Below, one piece after another: positions 1 to 14,985 of a DNA stretch of 64,000 nt (the stretch's first letter is position 1; each line of letters begins with the position of its first letter). The translations under genes and the position numbers were made by a program. The DNA comes from Eledone cirrhosa (lineage: Eukaryota), in NCBI GenBank assembly GCA_964016885.1, contig OZ024743.1, forward strand, positions 106,640,001-106,704,000, written 5' to 3'. A model generated the notes under the pieces. That model ran no database searches. It was not told the DNA's origin and saw only the letters and a list, made by a program, of their open reading frames with translations.

Positions 1-2686
1 GATTTGGAGATACAAAATTTAAAACTTTGAACTCCAAATTACACCAGTTGAAACAACAACTCACAGCTACAACAGAAAGACTAAAATATAAGTCAACAGC
101 ACATAAACGACAAGTGCTAAATAGATTGTTTGCCAGAGATCCTAAATCAGTTTATCGCAGCTTCGGTGGCAAAAGCTCAATCCCTGTAAACGACACCCCT
201 TCAAAAGAACAGGTTGAGAGCTAGTGGAGATCTGTATGGGAAACGGATGACGGATTCAACAGACAAGCTAATTGGCTAAAAGAACTGGAACAGGACAACT
301 GCCAACATGTCCAGATAAAACAATATGACATAGATGGGTCAATACTGGAAACAGCTCTACAGAAAATGTCGAATAGGAAATCGCCAGGCCCAGACCTCAT
401 TACAGGATACTGGTTGAAGAATTTCACTTTCTATCGGCAAGATCTCATACGGCTGTTTACAGAAACCATTAAAGGCACAAAAGAACTGCCCAGATGGTTA
501 TCAACTGCCACTACTCTCCTCATTCCCCAAACTAGCCAAACCACCCTTGCTAAAAATTACCGCCCAATAGCCTGCCAAAACATCATGTATAAATTATATA
601 CTGGGTGCCTTAACCTGTTCTTACAGGATCACTGTGCTACCAACAACATCATAACACCTGAGCAAGCTGGTGGAAAGAGGGAGGTGTGGGGTTGCATAGA
701 TCACCTACTAACTAACAAAATGATTCAGGAAAAAACAACAAAGAATCGCAGAAACATGACTGTGGTGTGGCTGGACTATCAAAAAGCATTTGATAGTGTA
801 CCTCATGGGTGGATTATTAAGGCTTTACAGTTAGCTAAAGTCCCACAACCATTGGTAGCTGCTGTTGAACGCCTAACGAAGAACTGGTACACCAATTTGA
901 TCCTTAGAGGTGAGAAGGAGCAAGTTAAGACTGATAAGATACATTACCAGAAGGGCATCTTTCAGGGTGATAGCTTGTCAGTGCTACTCTTCGTTCTCTC
1001 ACTGAATCCACTATCTTACCTACTCAGGAAACAGGGTGGACAAAGAAGTGGGCCCAGAAGTATCTCCCATCTTTTCTTTGTTGATGGCCTGAAGTTGTAT
1101 GGGCCAAATATCAATGACATCAAGAAACAACTAGACCTCATTACACAATTTTCAACCGACATCAAAATGAAATTTGGTGAGTCCAAGTGTTCATATTTGG
1201 CAATAAAACGTGGAAGAGCTGTGCTCTCCTCTAGAAATCTAGAGATGAACGACCTGACAATACAGCCTCTGCAGTCAGGTGACAACTACAGATATCTTGG
1301 ACAGGATGAGAATGTCAGATATGATGGACCCATAAATAAGGAGAGAACCAGAACTGAATACCTCAGAAGAGTAAAGAAAATATGGTCATCAGAACTGTCA
1401 GCATACAACAAATACATTGCCCACAATACTTATGCTGTGCCAATTCTAACGCCAACATTTGGCCTGCTGAACTGGTCATTACAAGAACTAAGTGAGATGG
1501 ATGTTAGAACTCGCAAACTTTTCAGTGTTACTAGGAACTTTAACATCAATGCTGATATGGATAGGCTATACTTCTCACGCAAGGAAGGTGGCCGGGGTCT
1601 AAAATCAATATTAACAACATATGAGACCCGGATAGTAACACTGAAGCAACACCTTCAACAGAGGAAAAAGGTTGGCAACCATCTTGCCCAGGTTTATGAG
1701 CATGAAAAAACAAATATCATTAGAATAGCGACTGATCTGGAGGAGAGATATGGAATAAAGCCTGATATAAATATCTCACCCAGAGAAATCGGAAGATCCT
1801 ATTCAATGTTCAAACAAGATAACAAACTTGACCAATTTACAGAAAAAGTTGTGCATGGATACTTGAGGCGTAAAACACAGACCATAGAGGGGATAAACCA
1901 CTCAAAAAGCCTGGCATGGAGTTCCGACAAGTTTATGACATCACACCTTGAAGGTTATCTCTATGCAATACAGGAACAAGAACTCCCTACCAAATATCTG
2001 CTGCACAAAAGAGGAGGGCCAGCAGCTGACAATAAATGTAGGCTATGTAAAACAAAGATCTAGGATGTAAGCCACATTGTTGCCAGCTGCGAAAGAATGT
2101 CATCTCGCTACTACCTCCCCATGAGACACGATGGGGTAGCTAGAACCATCTGGAACGCACTTCGGAAAACAAAATTAACAACAAACGAGGAAGAATATAT
2201 TGAGACAGATGGCACTAAGGAATACTGGTGGAACCTGAAAATAAAAACTGCCACCAAATTAAAGCACAACCGGCCTGATATTGTTGTTTGGGACCACACA
2301 TTGAAAACGTGTTCTGTTGTGGAGATCAGCTGCCCACTTAATGTAAACGTTGTCAGAAAAATACAGGAGAAGGAGGACATCTACGGACCATTGATGAGGA
2401 GTTTACAAATCCAGTATCCAAGATACACCTTTAGCTTCATACCCATCATCATTGGAGCTACGCGTTATATACCAACCCGCTTGGACCAAAGTATGACTGA
2501 ACTTGGATTTGCGGACAAAAAGCGCGGCTCCCTAATTCATAGCCTACAAATGGCTGCAATAGCTGGCACCTTCAAAATTTGCAAAATATTCTTGCGATTC
2601 AAGGGATGACAATTTCTTTTCTTCTACAACCTTGCCACCAGGAAGGTGGCCGGTCAAAAATTATACTCGAAATTAGAGAAAGAGAT
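1..2686 (+). mobile_element. R4/Dong-like (RLE-type) non-LTR retrotransposon, 5' end outside window, inactivated
   Basis: One frame broken by TAG at 222-224 and 2061-2063. RT motifs KSPGPD, NYRPI, WLDYQKAFDSVPH, GIFQGDSLS, FFVDG (catalytic DD mutated to DG), YRYLG. CCHC knuckle CRLC...H....C. RLE motifs RHD, PDIV, EISCP, K..EK...Y. Short 3' UTR with hairpin gccacc-aggaa-ggtggc abutting (TACA)n. Confidence 0.9.
366..2609 (+). pseudogene. RT + zinc knuckle + restriction-like endonuclease of the R4-like element
   Basis: ORFs 366..2063 and 2097..2609 are in the same frame, separated by one premature stop inside the CCHC motif. Confidence 0.88.
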
Positions 2687-2699
2687 ATACATACATACA

Positions 2700-2733
<34 letters not shown>

Positions 2734-2746
2734 CATACATACATAC
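2687..2746. repeat. (TACA)n microsatellite, putative target or tail of the R4-like element
   Basis: Tract directly follows the element 3' end agagaaagaga. Confidence 0.85.
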
Positions 2747-3401
2747 TCCATTGTAAATTATCACGTTTTGTTTGTTGTCGTTTATAGTACTCAGGGTTGC
2801 TCCAAATATTTATGAAATAATAATTATACGTTCAGCTTAGAAATTCTTTACATTACATTAAACAAATTATTATTGATTATAACTGAATGTTTTGCGCATA
2901 TTTGTTCGTTTAAATTTACGTTAGGTTTTTTAACATAATTTGTAACAAATCACTAAAAAAGATTTGTTCATTATTATAGTTAATGCAAATGTCTACATAT
3001 ATTCGAAGTAACGCAAACTTAACCTATGTCATAATACATTGCTTAAAACTATCCCTGATCTGGTTTTCAATCCAAAATGCTTATTTGAAAATGTTAATAC
3101 TTATCTAAAAACCATCGATCATAATGTTATTTAATAAACTTTCTTTGTTTATGTTCCAAACAACAGCTTAATAATTGAGTAAAGTATATTTCTAACTCAT
3201 CCAATTGTTTGATTATTTTCTAAGTTATTTTAAAATCATAGTATATAATAATTCTGCTCAATAATTAACACATCATTTTCAAGTGACGGAGGTGTGAAAG
3301 TGTTTAAAAATTGTGGTGATAACGATTTATATCTTTTGATTTTGCAATCTAACATTCAAACTTAAACACTATAGATTAAGGAATATCTAACTATAAACAT
3401 A

Positions 3402-3575
3402 GGCAGTAAGTTGTTAGAACGTCAGCTCTCTGCTCTCTGATTTCACATCTCGCCGGTGTCAAATTTGCTTTTCGTATATTCCATGTCGATAAAAATGTAC
3501 CAATCTAGGACGGAGGTCGGTTCTTCCTCTCTCCCTCATTTTTAATTCCTCTCCCTCAATATCTATCCTTTTCTA
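3402..3575 (+). mobile_element. Degenerate tRNA-derived SINE (Deu/Nin-domain type)
   Basis: tttgcttttc...gtcgataaaaatgtacca matches the core gcctttcatcc...gtcgataaaataaagtacca of the copies at 11.5 kb. Confidence 0.55.
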
Positions 3576-3736
3576 GAAGAACTCGGCTGTATTCAGACCT
3601 GTAAAAAGGGTCTCCGCCAATATTTAAAATGTCCTAGACATGCCGTATGTCAATGTGGCGCACTTACGTCTCTATAGGGATTTTACGGGTCCAAAGAAGA
3701 AATATATGCATGCATATTTTTTTTATATTACACACA

Positions 3737-3820
<84 letters not shown>

Positions 3821-3856
3821 TACACACACCCACCCACCCACACACACACACACACG

Positions 3857-3888
<32 letters not shown>

Positions 3889-3953
3889 TCTATATATATT
3901 TACACATATATATATATATATATATTTACAAATATAAATTCAGCGAGAATCGC

Positions 3954-3992
<39 letters not shown>

Positions 3993-4019
3993 GAGGGAGA
4001 CAGAAAGATAGAAAGGTAG

Positions 4020-4053
<34 letters not shown>

Positions 4054-4434
4054 AGGGATAGATAAATAGATAGATAGATTAAAAGAAACGATGAACTTTC
4101 ATTGACATGTTGTTAGCTTTTTATTCTGTATCGACCTATTAAGCGTGTGTCACCTTTAAAAGATATGGTGACGACATCATTAACGTTCCGCTCATCGGAC
4201 TGGTGATTGCACAAAATACACCATTTTTTGTCGAATCACTATTTCGGTAAGCAGAATAATAATGGAGTCGTGTCCAGAACACCTATGAGTGACCTTCAGC
4301 AAATCCTCTGGGAAATTCACGCAACAAGTCGATACACAATCAACTTCATCCTTCTCCTAAATACATACACTCGGCTTGTGCATTGACTTCTTACTTTGGT
4401 ACCACCAAAAGTAATTCAGTGAATCACATACACA

Positions 4435-4790
<356 letters not shown>

Positions 4791-4852
4791 TATATATAAT
4801 ATATTACCATCAAAGGTTTTATTGCATACATAACCATAAATAGTACCCTTAA

Positions 4853-4906
<54 letters not shown>

Positions 4907-5453
4907 ATACTTGGGGAGGTTATATTGGTGTAATAATATTGCCAGAAATAATAATAGAACACACACACTGTTTGGTTGGTTTTCTCTTCTGTATCTTGTC
5001 TCAATGGAGAGGATTGGAAAGGAGAATTGATATTAATATACGTGTGCATACATATCGGGAAACAAACAAGAAAATTGCTAAAAATGTTTAGACGTCTTAT
5101 TTATGCATATGAGGCTCGTGATTCACTCCGCCACTGAAGAGTGTCTTGTCTGAGATCCTTCCGAAGACAAAATGTATCGTCTTCTAGACTGAAGAATCGG
5201 ACGATATTAATATCTTTGAATGAGCATTGACCAGCTAACCAGAAAGAATTGGTATGTAAATTTTATGATCACTACTACTCATTCAATTCGAACTGAGTTA
5301 TAAATCATTTGCATTTTTGATGGAATATTTAAATATATTCAATGCATAATTATGAAAGTATAAATTTTATTTCGTCGCCAACGCACGCACACTCACTCCC
5401 ACACAGCTCCCCCCCCACACACACACCAGCACACGCGCATATATATATCTCTC

Positions 5454-5500
<47 letters not shown>

Positions 5501-5589
5501 AAATATGTATATAACGGTTTATGCATTACATGAATTTATTTCTGAACATTAGTGCTGACCAATTCCACCGTTAGTAATATTTCATTGGC

Positions 5590-5880
5590 CGTAATAACTG
5601 ACATCCGATATTAATATAGTAATAAGAACACCCCTACAAGAGTGTACTAATAAACATGAATTAGAAAATAGCACAATGGAGAGCATCCACCAGATAGCTA
5701 ACTCCAACACCAGCGTATAACTGTAACCTTTGACTACCCTTCCAAACACCCTAACAATAGACAACCAGTATTAGAAACGAACACTGGTTAAACACTATAA
5801 ACGAGAGGGCCCAAAATTCTCCACTCAAACCATGTCCTCCAAATAGCTGATACTCAAAAACTCATCAATGTCCAATCATG
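5590..5880 (+). pseudogene. Possible highly decayed PLE reverse transcriptase C-terminal fragment
   Basis: Frameshifted pieces SDINIVIR, ESIHQIANSNT, DYPSKHP, TL*TRGPKI loosely resemble PLE FLD.I...VYRKPTNT..YL.Y.S.HP...L..RA..I. Confidence 0.3.
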
Positions 5881-6424
5881 TTGCTATCTCTTTGATATAT
5901 ATATGTGTATGTATATATAAGAACAATTACACGCAAAGACAAAACCACGTAAATGGTATAACTGAAGTCGTAGACTAAAATGCTATTTAGGAAACCGTAT
6001 GATTCTCGGCTTCAGAGTTAAGAATAAAGTAAATAAATACAGAGGTAATTGAAATTAAATATATACATACACGCATCCATATACGTACATACACGAGCAT
6101 ACCCGAAAACACTCGCCATGGGTAAGCAAATACAAGCAAGTACACGCACATACATACATATATATATATATTTGTGTTTGTTTGGAATAATCGTTGATTA
6201 CACTCTCCTCACTGATGCAAACAGGAACTCCCTAATGTACTGGTGTTTCGAGAACATTGGTAATGTGTTATTTGAAGACTACGACAATGCAAAATGGACG
6301 GTAATTTTTTTTATAAATTGAACTCAACAATGTTATTTGTGATCACCTGTTCTTTTATGTACTTGGCCTAATATTTCGGGTCTAAAGCTAATATTTCGGG
6401 ACTGCAATAAGAAATTGGATCGTG

Positions 6425-6605
6425 TTCGTGTGACAGTATCGATAAGCGTGAGACAGCATGCTTTGAAGCATAGTATTATGGACGTGTACGTTCTGTGTTC
6501 AAAACCTGCCGAGGTATACTTTCCTTTCATTCTTACAGGGTCGATCAAATAAAACACCAATAACGCATGGGGGTAATTACTGCCCTTGTGCCAAAAGTAG
6601 AAAAA
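6425..6605 (+). mobile_element. tRNA-derived SINE (Deu/Nin-domain type)
   Basis: B-box-like gttcaaa, gccgagg, ctttcattctt..gggtcgatcaaataaa, 3' end gcccttgtgccaaaagtagaaa. Confidence 0.75.
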
Positions 6606-6724
6606 AATATTTGTTTCACCGTTTCGGCATATCTCTGTTCTTAGTCTGTTGACGAAGGGATTTATAAAATGAAATATTGAACTCTCCCTCTCGCGTGCCT
6701 TCTGTCTCTCTCTCTCTCTCTCTC

Positions 6725-6945
<221 letters not shown>

Positions 6946-6967
6946 ATATATGTATGTATATATGTAT

Positions 6968-7775
<808 letters not shown>

Positions 7776-8370
7776 TACATTTACAATCGATAATATAGAT
7801 GTTGCTTTTATTTACAAAGGCAAGTTGAGTGATATTGTTTTGAGGCTGTGGCTATCCCTTTGTTCTCACGCCCTGAATGAAACCGCCAGAAGTTTCATTC
7901 AGGGCGAAACTGATCTTCTTTAGGGAAGGTCACATGACGACTCAGGCAGAATTACTACAATAGGTAAAATGCCTGTGTCAAAGGACCGAGCTTTAGTTAC
8001 AAGAGAAGAAATCCTGCCGAAGAATGGAACTCCAGTTCCATTGTGGAAATGGACGCTTGACTTGCATGTGCATTATGCAAATTGTCATGTAGCATTCAGT
8101 CGTCTCTGAAACATATCGAAGATTTTTATCGGTTTATATCAATGCTAATCAACTCGAAATGACCCAGGTTAGATTTTAACGTGTTTATATTAATCGTAGT
8201 TGTTGTATAATCATAGCCACTGCACACCTTTTAACTGTAGGGTTTTACTTTGGACGAAAATATTTAGCTTATCGATACAATAATTGCTTTTTCATTTCCA
8301 CAAACAACTGGAATACTACCTGCTATTTGGCAGCAACAACTTGGAATACATTATCCAATATAAATATACA

Positions 8371-8461
<91 letters not shown>

Positions 8462-8694
8462 ATGTATGTGTGGGTATGTGTTTATGTCTGTGTCTGTGTG
8501 TGTGTATGTCTGCAGATACATGGATAACTGCATTTGGTTGCACAGCCCTAATGACAATTTTGTATTCACACAAACATATATATTCCATATATTTTCTCCA
8601 AATTTTACTGATTTCAGTCAATGTTTCGCAGCCATATTGGAACATCTCCCTCATGTTGCCATAATCGATGCTATGGTCACTATTACTAATTTTG

Positions 8695-8732
<38 letters not shown>

Positions 8733-8771
8733 AATAAATGTATATATATATAAATGTATATATATATATAA

Positions 8772-8802
<31 letters not shown>

Positions 8803-8805
<3 letters not shown>

Positions 8806-8940
8806 CGAAGGAAATGTGGTAAGGAACCAGGTGGACCATAACGCACCAAAGTACTCAATACTTGAAGTAGTAGAGTGGGTAATAGGAACCAGTAAGACCC
8901 CGACAGCTGAGCTCAAGCCGTTTCGACGGCTAATTCTCTA
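8803..8940 (-). mobile_element. Family A PLE-tail element, single arm ending in HHR stem II
   Basis: Near-identical to the reverse complement of 43432-43568; begins in (TA)n. Confidence 0.8.
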
Positions 8941-8983
8941 TAATATATATATTTATAGAGAGCGGCATAAACTCACCCGCACA

Positions 8984-9029
8984 TACATATATTTATATAT
9001 TTACACATACATAACTACCTAATCGTCCC

Positions 9030-9062
<33 letters not shown>

Positions 9063-9127
9063 TACATATATGTATAAAATATGGGGCGATTAGGTAATTA
9101 TGTATGTGTAAATATATACATATGTAT
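8984..9127. repeat. Inverted repeat around a TA tract
   Basis: atatatttacacatacataactacctaatcgtcccatat vs atatggggcgattaggtaattatgtatgtgtaaatatat. Confidence 0.7.
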
Positions 9128-9767
9128 AATCTGTAGAATTAACGCATGGTCTCATCCATAGTGCCCTGCTAACCCATTGTACGTATAGAAAATCGATAAT
9201 TCATTATTTGAAGTCATACGTTGTCTGCAATTTTCCAGAGGATCTATACCAAAAGTACTAAACAAGTTCTAGGCAGGTGATAAAATGTTGGCCCTGGAAA
9301 TTCTTACATACAATTATTTTTCTTTTCTGTCATCAGATTCAACTAAGTAAAATCAGTAGTGAGAAATAAACCTGTTAATATTTTCGCCTTTAATATTCAT
9401 GTCCGCTCTTCGGATTCAATGAGTTCAATAATTCCTATCGTATTTGATACTCTCCTCCCTGCTTTTAGTTGTGTTGATTGGTATTGCTTTTGTGTGTGTG
9501 TCTATTCATATATAAATACATAAATAAATATATTTATATATCTGTGTGTGGTTGTGTTTCTGTGTATGTGTATGTGTGGACGTATATATATATATATATA
9601 TATTTTATGTATATATGTATGCATGCGTGTATGAATAAATGTTTTTGCATATATATATATATATGCACATATTTGTAAGTATATACGTCAATATATATGT
9701 ATATATATACACACACACATACACACACAAGCGCGCACATACACACTCACATACACGCACATATATA

Positions 9768-9804
<37 letters not shown>

Positions 9805-9818
9805 CATATATATATTGC

Positions 9819-9918
<100 letters not shown>

Positions 9919-9977
9919 ATATATATATGTATATGGAACCAATTCAGTTTGAAATGCATTGACTGAGCCCGTTGCTC

Positions 9978-10470
9978 CTACTGGCCACCGCTAGGTAGTG
10001 ATAGCTGCCGGTGTTTTTGCATAGTTACGGCTTTGTCAATGTTTATTAACATATCGTTTTTCTTTGGATATACGAAATTCCAATACATATATGTATACAG
10101 GTATGCTCGAAGCTATATTTTAAATCTATTGTATTATATCTTGAGCCCACGTATACAGCTTCATATGCAAATGAGATTAATCATCTCATTTACAGAGACG
10201 AGAAAACTATATATTCTCAACTGTTTCCAAGTCTAGGAGTTGCAAGAGCATGATAAGAACCAATGGAGTTCTAAATTCATCGACGATCGATCCCCTTGAT
10301 TCTGCTGGACACCGGCAGGTGGCGGTAAGTGACAGTGTTTTTGCATAGCTACGGCTTTCTAAATGTTTATATATAAACATATTGCATTTCTTTGGAGACA
10401 CGACATTCCAATACACATCTGTATATGGCTATGCTCCAAGCTAAATTCTACTTCTCATATATTCTTAGCC
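9978..10470 (+). repeat. Diverged direct duplication of about 170 bp (9978-10148 and 10301-10470)
   Basis: Shared gtgtttttgcatag.tacggcttt..aatgtttat, tttctttgga.a.acga.attccaataca.at, tatgctc.aagcta.att. Confidence 0.7.
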
Positions 10471-10910
10471 TTATTCGTTTTCCTTTATATCCACACAGCT
10501 ATCTATTGATTCTTATATATATATATATATATATATATATTCTGCTGCCTGATTCTCTTTCATCTGTCACATTATTTCTCTTACTCCCCTCCTTCCCTCT
10601 CTCTCTATGTTTCTTTCCCTCTCGCTTTCAATCTCGCTCTGTCTCTCTTTCTCTGTCTTTTATTTCACATGTTATATATCAGGAATGAAGCTTATATCAA
10701 TACACGCGCATTTAATAAAAAATACTATAGACATTTGAAAAAGTACCAGTGTCATTATATATGTATATATGTCTACTATGTATATATCTAACTAGCTATC
10801 CCTATCTGCCTGTCTCTGTCTCTCTTTCTATTATATATTGATATAAGTATAATTATACATACATATATATATATATATGTGTGTATATATATACATGCAT
10901 ACATATATTC

Positions 10911-10942
<32 letters not shown>

Positions 10943-11188
10943 GCGTGTGTGTGTGTGTGTGTATGTGTGTGTGTATAAGCGCGCGCGTGTATGTGCGTTC
11001 TAGATGTAGTGAGTAAAACAAAATTCAGTCATATGTAACTAACCTTGGTATTTCACGTAAAGGCCGATCAAAAAACATCAAAAATAAAACTCCAATAGTT
11101 TTAGCTAATCTCAAAATTCAGGATTTATTTTACAGAATCCAATGTGAGTGGAATTACGTATGCATGATTATATATATAGATGTGCATG

Positions 11189-11270
<82 letters not shown>

Positions 11271-11510
11271 GCATGTATAATTTATGTAAGTATTTATGTA
11301 CGAGTGTGTGTGTGAATTATTTAAGCATGTATACTTTATATATATATGCATGTATGTATGTATAGATATATGTATGTGTGTATATATGTATGTATGCTTA
11401 TATGTATATATGCATGAATATATGAATGAATACATATATGTATGAATATATGAATGCATATATATATGTATGTACGTTCATATCGTAAGTTTAGAGTGCT
11501 GCCAAAGATC

Positions 11511-11908
11511 ATTATGTATGCGGTGGATTGGCAGTATCGGTAGAGGGTCGGACGCCATGCTTTGACGCATAGAGTTACGGCCCTTGCCATTCTGAGTTCA
11601 AATCCCGCCGAGGTTAACTTTGCCTTTCATCCTTACGAGGTCGATAAAATAAAGTACCAGTAATGCACTGGGTAATCGCTGGCCTTGTGCCAAAAATAGA
11701 AACAATTATGTATGCGGTGAATTGGCAGTATCGGTAGAGGGTCGGACGCCATGCTTTGACGCACAGATTTACGGCCCTTGCCATTCTGAGTTCAAATCCC
11801 ACCGAGGTAAACTTTGCCTTTCATCCTTACGGGGTCGATAAAATAAAGTACCAGTAATGTACTGGGTATTTGCTGGCCTTGTGCCAATAGTAGAAACAAT
11901 TATGTATG
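11511..11908 (+). mobile_element. Head-to-tail dimer of tRNA-derived Deu/Nin-domain SINE (about 194 bp unit)
   Basis: Two near-identical units with A-box-like tggcagtatcgg, B-box gagttcaaatccc and core ctttgcctttcatccttacg.ggtcgataaaataaagtacca; attatgtatg at 11511, 11706 and 11899. Confidence 0.85.
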
Positions 11909-14269
11909 TGTTTTTGTCTTCGCCCATAAAATGAACAATAACATTTTTATAACTGATTAAGCTCTATTGCCTATAATATAAGTAATCCTAATATATAGTT
12001 GCCCTCCACCCCACCATTGCCACCTTCACGCTAAACCAGGCACGCACTTACCCACGCAAGGACATACACATACAAAGGCATACACACGCATTTTACCCTA
12101 TTCTACTGAACAATATATTGAGTAAAAGCAGATAATTGATCTCAAATTTTGTTGAATTTGTGACAGATGTCTCCATGTCCTTGGGCCATCTAAACGTGTA
12201 TATAGACACCGTCAAACGTTCTGTGCGAATTACTATCTACACGAAAGTAGGAATGCAGCTGTTTCCATTCCGTTTAAATATAACCCTGTTCCTTCCACCC
12301 AATGTATTTTATTAATTGTTCTTTAATGGGTATAGTTGTTTTTAAGAGCCATTCACATACACACGCATTCATATACACACAAATACACACACACATACAC
12401 TCATACACATATTCAGACACATTCACATACGCGCGCGCGCACACACAGATACAGCACACACACACATATATATATATATATGTGTGTGTAAGTATATATA
12501 TTATCAGAAATGTTGTGTTATGCATATATGATGAAAAAAGATGAGAAAATATGATGTGAAGCATTTTCTTAGAAGGCTCTTCATTGGTTGTATCATTTCC
12601 GTATTTTTACTAGACACCCAAAGCATCTGCAGAGAAATATATATTTTAATATTGGTATACAAGCCTCATTTTTTTCATTATATTTTTCCTATAAAAATAT
12701 TTTCATTTGCTTAATGCGTTTGCTAAATTGCTTTTGCTACATTTACAAATGATTATTTCTAATATTGTTTCATAAGTCATATTTCCGTAAGTTGGTTTTA
12801 ATAATTTTTCAATAGCAGTTTTATTTTTAGAAAATTATGCGATTTTGAAACTAATAAAGGTTTCTCGAAATTTTCCTACGCCACTCATCCATTTTCAAAT
12901 TAGATTTCTCGACATCTAATTTAAAAAGTGGAAAAAAAAGAGACAAGTACTAAGGTTGATAGCAGTGAATTAGGTGTGTAGACACAGAGCTATTAGTTTT
13001 GGGCTAAGTTTGTTTTAAGTATGAATAATAGAATCAGCGATTTGTGTTTTTTTTTTTTTTATAAAACACTAAATTATTTATTCAAGCATCAACTGCGTCT
13101 GCGACACTTTACGTTCACCTAATTAAAAAAATACCAATAAAAAATAGGCTCTCCTACTGAATATTAAAAAGTAAAACTCAATTTGAGTGCATTAGACTTT
13201 ACACTAAGGCATTCTTGGCTATCGATTACTGTCGTTTAGATAGCAGTGTGAATATCATGCTTTCATAAGAAGCATTGGGAAAACTATACATTTGAAGTGT
13301 AGCCATATCTTCGCAGACCATTATAAAATCAGTTGATCATTATAAATAATAGTTAAAAAAAAAACAAGGGTAAACTATGCTTGGAGACCGATGAATTTGA
13401 CAATGGGTCTACGAGGAATGCACCTCTGTTCACGTTCCAACCGTATATAACTTTGACAATACATTTATAAATTGCCCGCATCAACATAGTTCACCATTCT
13501 GCAGAGACATACAAACTCACGCGTGAAATTCCAGAGATTAAAAGGTAACGAGAAATAGACTTAAAACTGGATATAAACTGAAGTTTATACCCAGTTTAGC
13601 TCCGCACCAGAAAGGTTATGATTGAACATCCGACTACTGCTACCCACGTCTCAAAATTCATGTAATTCTGGACTGGAAAGCAAAGAAAGTGAGACCCTTC
13701 TCAGTGCAACCAAATATCCCCGTAACGAATCAGCTCTGTTTATTAGGCATAGTTTAATAAGGGTTATATAAAGCAACGTGTTACTTAAATTTTCAGAGCG
13801 TAGTATTTAATTAGCCCAATATAATCGCTTAAAGTGCATGGTTAACACATTACCAACTATTCTATAGATCACAACATTTCTCAGCAGGAATTACATTAAG
13901 TTGACCTGGAGGAAAGCAAATTCGTAGCTGGGTGCCATGATAGATATAATACCAAAATCTACTTTAAAACCATATCATATCCACTTTGAATGTGAAGATC
14001 GCTCTAGATAATGTAAAACTTTTCTATTATTTCAAAAAAAAAAAAAAAGACTGATTGTAATGCTTGAAGATTTGTTGAACAAATGTGTGTTGCGGTTAAA
14101 AAAATCAAACAAACAAAGAAAACAACAAAATAACTTATGGGTCTAGTCAGATGTAAAGCACTGTGTATCTTAAATCACACACACGTATAAACACAGCCAA
14201 ATACACACATGAGCATAAACACACATAAAATGGCCGTAAGTAAATGAATGACACAAGGAGCGAGTACAG

Positions 14270-14440
14270 CAGGTGATTAATTGTATCTAGTTCGGATCCT
14301 TATTTCTATGTTGTGGAATTGATTTTGTTTTATCAACCGTTTCGGATCGACGAAATAAATAGCGTTGTTATAATTAGAAAGAATTCAATCGATCTATAAC
14401 ATTGCTTTATGAAAGAATTGATCATTGGTCTTGTGCCTCG
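14270..14440 (+). mobile_element. Degenerate SINE copy
   Basis: ttttgttttatcaaccgtttcggatcgacgaaataaatag ... ggtcttgtgcct. Confidence 0.45.
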
Positions 14441-14794
14441 TCAAATGAAATCAATAACATATAAAACATCTTAACACAACTATGCTTGCATTACCGATGA
14501 TGTGATTCACAGCTTCGTAATTTCCAATTACACTGGTCTGCATCCAACCATCACCGTTTCTGAAGACTAACTTCTGCCTTCATGTGACGTATTTTGACTA
14601 ATTAGCAGTACGTGGCTACAGGTGCATATCCAATTCAGCAAAGAAAATAACAAAAAAGAACAACATTCCTATAAATGCGCACACAAATCCAAAACAATTA
14701 CATTTTGTCCTGTGATCTCAAACTTTGTCGTGAATACACGCATTATCTTGTAAAATATCCGCAGTTACATTATTAAACGTTTCAAATAATGATT

Positions 14795-14985
14795 TCTCAT
14801 CGAGGCACAAGGTCTGCAAGTTAAAGTGACCCCATTACTTGATTGGTACTTTATTGTAACGCCACCAGAAGGATGAAACGATAAATAGGCCTCGGCTGGA
14901 TTTGAACTCAGAATGTTTAAAGTTGATACAATTACCGTAAAGCTTTTTGTCCAGCGATCTATCCATTCTGTTAATCAAGCGCCCA
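14795..14985 (-). mobile_element. SINE (Deu/Nin-domain type)
   Basis: ggcacaagg, tggtactttatt, gaaggatgaaa, cctcggctggatttgaactcagaa are reverse complements of the 11.5 kb SINE motifs. Confidence 0.75.

Noticed and set aside
5133-5185. Degenerate HHR-like strings (also near 36815-36865, 49300-49345, 60795-60865)
   Set aside because: Core bases or stem I missing; not counted as ribozymes.
11125-11150. Possible micro-exon ttttacag-aatccaat-gtgagt
   Set aside because: 8 nt, no neighbouring exons; expected by chance.
11520-11610. tRNA gene
   Set aside because: A/B boxes belong to the SINE head; no cloverleaf.
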